From positions 43,834,001-43,898,000 of the forward strand of contig NC_135759.1 in assembly GCF_052425735.1 (NCBI RefSeq): 64,000 nucleotides of DNA. The letters run 5' to 3'. Each line of letters opens with the position of its first letter. Position 1 is the stretch's first letter. The position numbers and the translations under genes are program-made. This stretch comes from Oculina patagonica. Taxonomy: Eukaryota. The notes below the pieces were generated by a model, which saw only the letters and a list, made by a program, of their open reading frames with translations, had not been told where the DNA came from and ran no database searches. This document shows, piece by piece, positions 37,465 through 48,225 of this stretch.

Positions 37465-40400
37465 TTAAAAGTTAACTGGTCTGATCTTCATCCCAACTTG
37501 TTTAAGGGAATAGTTATGTCCTTTCCAGTGATACCAGTTGACACCATCAGCATCTGATGAGTGTTCTCCGTGATGATAGAAACCGTTCAGGTTGGCGTGA
37601 TGACAGTGCTCGTACCACCAGGCTCCTTTATAGGCCACGGCACAGTGACAGCTACATGTGTCATTATCCTGATCTTTGGTCGAAAAGGGTTTACCATTAT
37701 GATAAGCAAAAAGAGAATCACCGGCAGATCCTAAAAAGCGAAAAGGTTTACTTACTTTATTAAAAAAAAATCAGTCGAGTTATATATTCTAACCAGGCTA
37801 AACTCACCGTTCACTTAACGACTGGTCCCGAGGAAACAGTAAACCCTCGAACGTACATGCAAAGTCACACCCCTACCATGTACAAGAGTGGGATGGTTGG
37901 TGGAACCCCCCTAATAGGTTTTCGTTCTATTAATGTGCAGCGAAATCATTTTTCACTTAGTTGAAAGCCTTTGGCTTACTCTACGTGAATTTCGTAATTT
38001 TTGTTGGCTGCGACGTCAACCAACGAAAATCTGCCATTTTGGATTTCACAATTTTATTTGAAAATCAGAAAATAACGGGAATTGATACAAATCAAGGAAG
38101 AATGCTAATTCAATGTAAAATTATACAAATCGCATAATTTGTTAAAAAAAAAATGGAAAATGACAATATTTAGCAACGCCTGCTAACGTCAAAACTCATG
38201 GACGCATATTTGACATATCAAACTTTCCGCGAATGGTGAATGAACTGCCAACGAAAGTTTCAGCAACAAAGAGTAATCCTCTTTTTAAAATTGCGAAAAA
38301 AACTCGAAGAGGGTGGCATCCACCCTCTTCCTGAGGGTCTCAATGGGGTTAACTATTAGCCGTAAAACGGTCAAAAATTTAGCCGTTAGGCGTAAAAACT
38401 GGAAAATTTTAACCCTTAGCTGTAAGATATGCTAAGGGTAAATAATCGGTCAGTAATTTTATATAAAACAGACTAGATCACTTCATCATCCCAGAATGGT
38501 CCTAAGACCTAAAATATAATTTTTAATAATGAAAATTAATTCTTAACTTTAAAATAATTTTTAACTTCTGTTAACCGTTATGCAGATAAATTAACCGTAA
38601 CCGTAAACCGTAAAATTCACCACCCCATTGAGACCCTCCTACCTGGCTCCGTTGAACGTCTAAGGGTTAATATTTTTTTCGAGAATCTCAATGTTTCCCC
38701 TGGCGGAGCCTAACAGTGAGAGCTGAGGGAAAAAAAAAATAACTGGTTTCCCCATTAACCAGTTATTAAGCAAAAAACATTTGAAAACATTTGAAAATGC
38801 AATAAGCGCCCTGTTGGGGCGACCAAAGTTATCTATGATGTCGTAAAATGTTAAAAACGCAAGTGGAACCACGAGCCATTAGGCTAGTAGTTTCACTGGA
38901 AAGTGTTCATTGGACATTTTTATGGTGTCATTTTTATGATTTATAATAGTTTGTATCATAAAAAAATTGATTTTTTTTTAAATTTGTATAATAACGCGAG
39001 TAATTTTTAGGTATTAGATTAAAATCAATGCGAAATCGCCCGCACGAGTGACAGCTCGGAAGATCGCATTTTTTCTTTACTTAAAGCCCAGGAATGCGTG
39101 AAAAATTTCATCAATAATGTTCTAGCTCGCCTTTCAACTTGCTGGATTCTATCTAAAATACAAACTACTTGCGGAGCTCCCGCGGGTGCCGGAGTCGCGC
39201 GCAAGTGAAGCGCCATACCAAAGAAAATTCGGACCCATAAGCTCAAAAATTTTGGTTCTCATGTGATTGACCGTACTACGTACGTACCTACATACGTACG
39301 TTTGATAATAAACCACTGAATGCAATGGTCACACGACACATCTCCACGGTCTGGCCAGGACCTGTACGCATGCGCACAGCCTATTACCCGTGGAGTGGCA
39401 GCCATGGACAGCTGTTTCGTCCTTGTTAGGACTCATCAGCATGGCATAGCCAGGCGTAAGGGTCTCACATAAGATCATAGACCCCGCCGTTTACTCTAGA
39501 GGCGAACCCGAAGGTTGCTTTAAACCTCAGCCCCATATAGAACCATATGGGAGCTTTAAAGTCTTTAGAGTCTATATAGTCTATGATCTTATGTAAAACC
39601 CTTACGCCTGGCTATGCCATGCTGATGAGTCCTAACAAGGACGAAACAGCTGTCCATGGCTGCCCCTCGACGGGTAATAGGCCGTGGTGATGTGTCGTGT
39701 GACCATTGATTTCAGTGGTTTATTATTGACATTTTCATGTCGTCACACATGCATCCCTATTGATTTAGGTGATCCACATCTCCTTACGCATTGCCGAGAC
39801 TATAAAGTCCCAGACACAGCTATCATATGGTTCTATATGGGGCTGAGGTTTAAAGAAACGGCGGGGTCTATGATCTTATGTGAGACCTTTACACCTGGCT
39901 TTGGCATGCTGATGAGGATGAGTCCTAACAAGTACGAAACAGCAGTCCATGGCTGCCACTCCACGGGTAATAGGCTGTACGCAAGCGTACAGGTCCTCGC
40001 CAGACCGTGGAGATGTGGTTTATTATGTATGTTTGTTTTTGCTTCTTTAAAGTGAAACAAAGACATCCAAAATCATCCAGCCTTTTTATGTTTAAAACGA
40101 ACTTTTCAATAAAACACGCGTAAACTCATCTTGAACTACCATGATGTACTGTAGGTACGTTGCATAGTAGAGAAATTGGCATTTTGGAATTTGGTGCGAA
40201 GGCCATCTTTAGTACCATAATGACGAGAAATTAAAAATTAAGCTAAATTTGTATTTTAACTGAAAAGCAACATTTTAGTGACTCAATTACTTTCTTGTTT
40301 TAGAAAGTTACTTTTACATTTCAGAGGTCCGTAATGTTGTCATAAGAAGATCTGCTGTTGTTGAAAGTTTGAGGTTGTTTAAGTAAAAAGGTATTGCGAA

Positions 40401-43400
40401 TTTTAAGTCACATTAACCCGCCATTTGTACCAAGGCCACACAATGAAACTTTTGTCAAAACTTAACACATATAAGTTATAGAAGAAAGCAAAAAGAACAC
40501 CAAGATAAAAACGTACTGTTAATTGATTCTAAAGCTAATTAGGTACCTGAATATGATCCAAGACTCAGACTGTATTTAGATACCTCATCGCCGATTGCAA
40601 ACGAGTCGTACTCAGCAAATCTAGTCTCTCCTTCCCAGTCTTGTAGATCCACTCGAAGTTTCCCATTTTCACTTTGGGTGAGGCGGTGTATCTTGTCTAA
40701 CCCAAGCCAAAACTCGCCATTCAGGTCACCAAATCCATTCTTGTAGTCAGCCCAGCCGCGGTAAAAATCAACGGACCCGTCCATTCTCTTTTGGAACACT
40801 GTCCACCCCCCACCGGCCGTTCCTTGGTCACAGAACACATCAAAGGCATTTGAACCATCAGGGTCGATTGTATAAACACCGCTGATTCGTTCACCAGATT
40901 TGTACAGCTCAGCACAGTTTTTTGGTGGCGCTGGAGAACAGAGTTAAATAAAGGAATTCAGTCACATTTTAAAATAAATTTACTAAGTTAACTTAGGTTA
41001 CGTACAAATGTTCATACTTGTATTGTATTTCTCTGCATTAATTTATTTTTTGTAAATCTTCAAGGCGCGTTTGCTCCTTGAAGATTTACAAGCACCAAGG
41101 TTAATTAACACTTAATTTCTCACTAGAATCTAATAAGTGTGACTGAATTTAGGAGGCAATATCAGAAAGAAGTTACTGAAAACACTATGTTTACACAAAG
41201 ATGTTTTGAAATAAAAAAAATAAAAATGAGAAAGACTGCATGCATGGGACAAGCTGAATAACAATGCGCATATGCGGCGCTAGTAAACTTTCAACATTTT
41301 CTTTGAATATTTCTTTTAGTATATAGACGGGAGTGTTTTACCAGACCACTCATAAGATTCACAGGAAACTACATCCAGGACCGTAATGCCGTATTTTACA
41401 TCTTCACTAGTGAGGATATCGATGACGTAATTTCTTACATTTTTACGATTGTTTTTATAGTTACATGGCGGCGCGATGATATGGAGGTTATTTTCCCGTG
41501 TTAGAAACAATATTTTGTTTATTCGCTGCGCTACTTTGTGATTTTTTTTTGGGGGTAGGAAAAAAAATCACAAAGTAGCGCAGCGAATAAACAAAATATT
41601 GTTTCTAACACGGGAAAATAACCTCCATATCATCGCGCCGCCATGTAACTATAAAAACAATCGTAAAAAGGTAAGAAATTACGTAAATCATATCTTCACG
41701 CCACCGTATATATCATTTATATTTTACTTACGCTTGCAATTGAAGACTTTCGATATTTCGTTAAACGAGCATGAGTCTGCATTCATGCAACCGGTCAACT
41801 GGCAGTCGTGCTATAGACAAATGAAAGAATTAAGGAAATTTTGGATGAATTAATTTTTTTGTAAATAAAATGAAATGAAAACTTTATTTACCCTCGATAT
41901 TATGAGGCGTGTTAGTCGTCTAGCATGTATTGCTAAGGAAACCGAGGAAATAAATACATGAATAATGAAAAAAAAATGAAATAGGCCCTTAAGGTCGCGG
42001 GGGACACCTTAGGCTCATCATTATGCATTTATTTAAAGCGTATGCACGAAGTACAACGACTGACATCGACAACTTTACGAGATATTTATGACTGGACAAA
42101 AATATGGGCGCGTCCGTGTGATTTGTAAAAAATCCCTGTTTCTTTGATATTTTAACCAATTTAAAACAACACTTAGCGATATACGTTCATATAGATTGTA
42201 GAAAGTCTTTAAGATTATTTTCATTTAAATTTGAATATTTCTGCAACTCAGAGTAATCACAAAATATTTGGCATAAACAATCGTGCCCTATTTAAAAACG
42301 CATTGTTCTCACCATAAAAGCGTGGACTATAATTACCATAATTACATCTTTCCTTGGCAAAATGATCGTATTTAGGTCGGGACACCTTCGGAAATCTCAA
42401 AGTTTGGACTTTTCCGACAATTTTGTGGCAGAGAATACAGCGCGGATACAGAACTTCATTACTTGCCACTGCAGATAGGTAAACTATGAATACTGTAGTG
42501 TGTCATAACAGAAGCGGAATTTTAAAAGAGCGCTTTTAGAAAGAGGTAGAAGACATTGAATTCAAATTTGCGCACTTAAACCGCCATAACTTGCTGGCAA
42601 ACTTTTAATTAAAAAATCCGCCTCTGTTATGACACTCTTGAGGTATTGACTGATTAGCTTTTGACAAGATCACAGTGTGCTGTCTCCTACTCGTTCCACA
42701 AACTCTGCCACAAAATCATGTTTTTCCAAATTTGGCACTAACGAGGCTATAACATCGCCGTTAAATGCAATCTACCAAATAAAAGATGACATTCGCGATC
42801 TTTTATCATTTTTTTATGTCTCTGTAAAATTTGAGCTTCATCGCACCCATAACAGCTGAGAAATAAGCGATTTAAAAGATGCGGGTCAAGCAAAATTTCC
42901 CTTCATGAATTTATTCATGCTGTAGGTATCCCCCGCGACCTTAAGTAAATTTAAAATAAAATAACATATAATATAATAAAATACTGAAAATGCTATCAAT
43001 AATTTAGTCGTTATATTGTGTAAAGTTGATTTCTCCAAGCTACAGTTGTTATGTGTCCGGCTCTATCAATACATTTATACCTTTTGTTTATTTTGTAAAA
43101 TAATTCTTGCTTAGTTTTTCAGTGCACTTAAAAGTGTTAATGGCGTGAGACCACATGCACTTGTGTTTAAATCTCAACCTATTCAGTAGAATTTTCTCGG
43201 TAAAGGGGAAGATTGTTTGCAAAAAGGGCTTTGAAAAATCATTTTTAAAATCAGGAAAATGCATCAGTCGTCACAGGATCATCTCACTCGCTAAATTGTG
43301 GCTTTTGAATTACAAGTTACACGGGTATTTTTTGTTTTAATAGACAGAACTTCTTATATTTCTTGCCTTCGTGTCGCGTTATTCAGTTTGTCGCCGTGTT

Positions 43401-44700
43401 TTTTGCGGTTTAATTTTTTTGTTTTATTTTTGTTTTATTTCTTTTTGTTTTTATTCTTAGGGAAATTACCGGTAAAGGTTTGCGTTGCTTGCAAGTATTT
43501 TTTTTTAACATAACGTCAGTTACGGTAGTATTTTGTGCCATAAGTTTAGCTGTTATTTTTAAACCATCGTCACGATCCGTTTGCACTTCTTGCAGACGAG
43601 TCGAGTGTCTTACGGTGAAAATACGTGTCCTCAAAGAAGCTATTCGCTCGGTTAATTAAGCTGCAACGTGTGATATTTTCCAAAGAGATGTCTTGGATTG
43701 CATTCTGATTGGCTACTTGTTTGTTAACCAAAGTTAAACCCATGCACCCTGCTTCTTGGGTGTAACTTAATTTAGATTGTATTGTTTTTTAAACATCACC
43801 GAAGCGTTTACTATTGTTAGAATGAATATTTAGAATGAACCTATTAAAGTTATTGACTTAATTTTAATTTACCAACTTTAACCTTTTTTGCCAATCAGAA
43901 TACTGAAATTTTCTGGATCTATTTCGCATTGTATTCTATAAGCTACTATTGTAATTAGAAATCTATGGTATCCAGGTGACGGTTTTCTTTATACCAAACT
44001 GTTATCGTTAAATGTTTTTTTAGCTTACCTTACTAAATATTTTATGTTTAAGATAAAACACAAATTTTGGAAAAGATTGTGACGCGATTTTTTTGGCCAA
44101 CTATTTATTAATCTGATGTAGAAATGAATAAATTCATATTGAATTCAAATGACCTTTACTAAATAAATTTAATAGAGAACATGGTACCGCGAGTTTGCTG
44201 GGTAACTCTTAAATTTGTCTAGCTGCAATTCGACGTTAAACATTAAAACAATATACTGAAATGGTTAAAAAAGCAGTTGACCTTTTTTATACTTCGAGTG
44301 TACCAGTGAACATTGTTTTATTTTTTCTAAAAAAACGCTTTTCTCTTACCTTCATGTCGTAAAATTGGGTATAAATTGTTTCTTCGTCGTATTCGAGTTC
44401 TTTCTCTTCGTTAGGCAACAATACTTGCTTGTCGTTTAATTCACAAATTCCTTCAGTTCCGTCATTACTTGAAGCTTTGCGAAAATTTGATGAAACACAT
44501 CGAGGGTTTCTTTGACATTGTAAAGCGCAAGACACCTGACTAGCGGAGTGAAATGTCTTGAAAGTGAAACCTTTTAGCCGGCGATGATTACGGGTTATCA
44601 GAAAGGGACGAGGCGGATAACTTTCATTCAAAGTAATTGTTCGAGATACTGCAATATTGCACACAAAAGCTGCGGTAAGGAAAGGAAAATAGATTCTCAT
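37465..44700 (-). CDS. FReD lectin copy 3 (signal peptide + PAN/apple + EGF-like + FReD)
   Basis: Exons 44700-44350 ([19 protein letters not shown]; [22 protein letters not shown]), 41810-41732 ([26 protein letters not shown]), 40930-40547, 37730-37465; all GT-AG, phases 0/1/1, no internal stops seen. Confidence 0.88.
39401..39445 (-). ncRNA. Type I hammerhead ribozyme
   Basis: Reverse complement GCCAUG-CUGAUGA-GUCC uaacaa GGAC-GAAAC agcu GUC-CAUGGC. Confidence 0.88.
39616..39660 (+). ncRNA. Type I hammerhead ribozyme
   Basis: GCCAUG-CUGAUGA-GUCC uaacaa GGAC-GAAAC agcu GUC-CAUGGC; predicted cleavage after C39654. Confidence 0.88.
39903..39953 (+). ncRNA. Degenerate hammerhead copy
   Basis: Same motif with a 6-nt insertion after CUGAUGA and substitutions in stems II and III. 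Confidence 0.6.
41425..41684. repeat. Near-perfect ~125-bp-arm palindrome with ~10-nt loop
   Basis: 41425-41550 is the reverse complement of ~41560-41684, with about one mismatch seen. Confidence 0.9.
41993..42940. mobile_element. TTAA-flanked non-autonomous transposon (Kolobok-like)
   Basis: TIR ggtcgcggggga.acct / aggtatcccccgcgacc; TTAA TSD; empty site gcccttaagtaaatt at ~53481. Confidence 0.9.
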
Positions 44701-45362
44701 TTTGAGATCGTGCCTCCATTCACACAAACGCGCTGGACTGCATGTGTTTTAATAATGCATGAAACAAAATTTAGTATTGTTTACCTTTATCGAGACATCT
44801 TTAACAAGAACAATAAAATTAAATTTTAAACATACTGTGAATCAAGTTAAGAGTCAGAGCGACCAAACAAACGTTGTTGTAACGTGAGTGATTTAAAAAT
44901 TAAGTTTTTATTCAGTCTAGTAGCAATACTGAATGCAATGGAATTTGTGTGTTTCTCGAAGACCGAATTTCACAGTTCCTTTATACCAATTGTATGCGCA
45001 ACAGCGGAAGAGGGGCAATCAAATCTTGCATGATTATTTTTAAGTTAATTCAACTGTAGGAAGAAGTTCAGAATTAGAAGGGACTATTTAATTGGTCATC
45101 AAAATTCACTTTGCTTCAAGGCTATAACTGTTTTTATCGTTTTCATCTTATTTATACATGACTCCACGGGTGTCTAAGCTAAAATACGTGTTATTAAAAC
45201 AATGGTTCTTGGTTGGATTTGCGCGACACCTGGAAAGTACTAGAGAAAGTCTCAGGACAGCCAGTCTTTTTTTTTTGCAACATCTACAGAAATAGCGGAG
45301 ACCGTTGTTTAGTTTGCCTTGTGATGCTGCTCCTGTAGGGTGTGTACAGGTGCGTGTATATG

Positions 45363-45545
45363 TACACCACTTTCATAATGGCGGCCAATTTATTTATTCT
45401 TTTATATGTATGTTAATTAGCCCAATTGGCCTCGTTTTAGAGTAAAAATTCTTTTGAATTTTTCACATGCGGACGAGGCCAGTAGGGCTAATTAACATAC
45501 ATATAAAAGAATAAATAAATTGGCCGCCATTACGAAAGTGGTGTA
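45363..45545. mobile_element. Short foldback MITE
   Basis: ~60-bp TIR tacaccactttc.taatggcggccaatttatttattc...; absent from the paralogous site near 55750. Confidence 0.8.
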
Positions 45546-46266
45546 TAGATGGCGCTACGATACCGTTGGATGTTTTACGGTAATCTTAGTATTTGCTTCA
45601 AAATCCTTTCGTTCAGGACTCAACAAGGAGGAAAGACGTTTGTTCCATCAATTCACCCAAAACTTTACCAAAGGAAACCAACATACCTACAATTCAGAAA
45701 ATAGAGAACCAGGGGGGGGGAGGAGGGGAGGAGGCGCGGAGAACGAGGGGACCCGACCGGCGCGGAGGACCCCCGCACACACGGCCCGAGAGCCGAGAGA
45801 CGGAACCCACAGAAGACGACGAGACGACACGCGCGAGACACCAGCGCACGCGACACGCGAACGAGCGAACACCGCCACGACACCGAGGCAGCCCGACCGC
45901 CGAGAGCCGACGCCGGGACGCCGGAGGGCCGCCGGGGGACGGGACACGGCCGGGGCGCGACGACGGGAGCGACCGCGGCGCCGGCCGGGACGACGAGAGG
46001 GAGGGAGGGTGCGCGGAAAACAGTGGACCGCCCCAGGCAGCCGAGACGCAATCGCGGAGAAAATCTCAGACTAGATAAAAGAATATTCTGTACGGGCTAT
46101 CGGGCCGTTAAATCAGGCGATTCTCACGATAGCTACAAAATTATAAACAATTGATCATAAGCTGAAATTACTCAGCTCTAAAAATAATATTGCGCTTCAT
46201 AAGATCATAACAAGAGGTAAAAACCGGTTTTCAAACCCCTTGATACCTCCAGCCATAAACCGTTAA

Positions 46267-47723
46267 GGGCCCATTACAGTATCTTTTGGGGTCGTTGCTA
46301 GGGAGATTTCAATTGGCTGTAACTTGATATATCTTTGCTTTTATTGAACCAAATTTAGACAGGAGTTTTAGAGTGCGACTGCAAGTCAGTTGATGACGTC
46401 ATCGGTGCACGTCTAATGTCACGTGACCCAGAACAAAAAACTGAGTTTTACGCAAGAAACTTACGGTCTCATTCATAGTTTGTAGTATTATGTCAATCAG
46501 TACGTTTATCTTAAAAAATGTAAGCATGCGTTTTCCGTTAGCACAAAAACTTGAACAATAAGTAAAGAAAATGTGTTCTTTTGACCACGTTTTTGAACAC
46601 AACTTTAATGTTGTTTTGATTTTCCAAAAACGCATGCTTACGTTTAAAGAAAAATGTATTTTCTTTCGATTTACTGCAAAAAACAGAAGGTACGTTTTTT
46701 TCCTTCTGAGAAAAACTCGCATTTTCGTCCGTACCGGAAGTAAAATTATATGGTGACTGATTGGTTGAAATCATCGTAATTGACATTGCTGCACTAAGTT
46801 GGCTTTCCCCCCGCTCACGTACGCTTCAAAAACTATAATTTTTCGACCCGGCAAACTTAACTTCTTGCTTGTATTCGGACAGCTTTAACAACGTTTACTG
46901 TCGCTCAACTAACTGCAGAGGCTAAGACAAATGTAAACAAAGGCGTTCGTAAGTATTAAAAGAGTTTAGTGTGAGTTTCTTTATTGTCGGCTTGTAATTT
47001 GCGAATTACCGTAAACGGCGTAATTATGTTTTGTCAAGGAGGCTACAATTCTTTGTTCGGTTGAATAAATAGTTAACGTTTGTAAGCTGAAATGTTTTTA
47101 TACAGGTGTTTTATATAGTTTAGTTTTCGCAGTTTTGTACCTTACTGAATTTGTCATGTGGTTAGACTGCTGTACGGATCATAATCAGCAGTTTCTGCAA
47201 GCAATTTACGGCAGATAAATCGGGTTCATTCCTATATTTCTGCGGTTGAACTGCATAAAAATTATCTTACCTTCGTTTCGCGAACGAAATGAATCGCTGT
47301 TTTTTTTTCTGAGCTTCGTTTAGTTCTAGTGACAGTGCTTTAATTTTTGCCAGTAGCTTTCACAGATTTCTTCAGTGAGCTGAAGGGGAAACTGATGAAA
47401 ATACGGCAGCGCCGCACGTTCGCATGTTTTCTAATGCATCGGCACTACTTTTAAAATATTTCGGCGGTTTCGGATACTTGCTTCAGGCTTCGTATATGTT
47501 TTGCAATCATTTAGTATGACAAACTTTTTTTTATTTCAATTTACCCAGTTTGCTTTTACTGCAGAACAAATTTCCGTCATTGAAATATGATTCTAACCGA
47601 AAGGGAACTAAACTCGCGTAAAATTTTGCCGCTAAGCTGAATCACGAATGCGAGAAAACCGGAAATAAAATTGCACTTGCGTGGCAACCGCGTAGCTTGG
47701 CAACGAGATACTGTAATGGGCCC
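46267..47723. mobile_element. TTAA-flanked non-autonomous transposon (Kolobok-like), 1.46 kb
   Basis: TIR gggcccattacagtatct / agatactgtaatgggccc; TTAA on both sides. Confidence 0.88.
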
Positions 47724-47776
47724 TTAAGGCTCTTAGATTTGCTTCACTTGAACATTGTACACAAACTGATTTTCAG

Positions 47777-47889
47777 GTACCGTGACGTACGTTAACTGTG
47801 GTGGCAACAAGTTAGAACTGTTAATCAAGTCGAACACCAGACTTCCAAATGATGCACTAATGAAGCGTTGTGAGACTGTCTTCAGCTGA
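47777..47889 (+). pseudogene. Second relic copy of the AP4E1 terminal exon
   Basis: ttttcag|gt acc ... GTVTYVNCGGNKLELLIKSNTRLPNDALMKRCETVFS*; acceptor, phase and stop position retained. Confidence 0.82.
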
Positions 47890-48225
47890 CACTTTCACTC
47901 CTGGTAGTTTCTGTTTCGTAAATAGCTTGCATCTTATTTATTGTAGAAATTAAAACATTCTATTGAAAAAGTGTTATGATGTCTACAACATGCATTGAAA
48001 GAAATGGATTTTCAACAAAAGTTATTTATCTACGGTTTAAAACGGAAGAAAGTTAGTAGTTACTATATTGGTTGCAACCATAACAACGTTAAACTCACAC
48101 CATAGCTAGACCCTGGAGGCCAGATTCAACATTTTAAAGGAACGGTTTTCAGTCACGGACAACATGTGTAAACCTGACAACTAATGGGTTCCTCAGGTGC
48201 AAGACGTAACGATAACAGCAAAGCT

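Larger units (their letters stand above)
39305..40030. mobile_element. Retrozyme / Penelope pseudo-LTR-like insert (inverted plus direct repeats, 3 hammerheads)
   Basis: 39308-39720 is a large imperfect inverted repeat followed by a further direct copy; the block is missing at the paralogous site (~51410). Confidence 0.75.

Noticed and set aside
45520-46078. Four overlapping 86-184 aa Arg/Gly/Pro-rich ORFs
   Set aside because: They result from the T-free GC island, where stop codons are nearly impossible; no domain signal.
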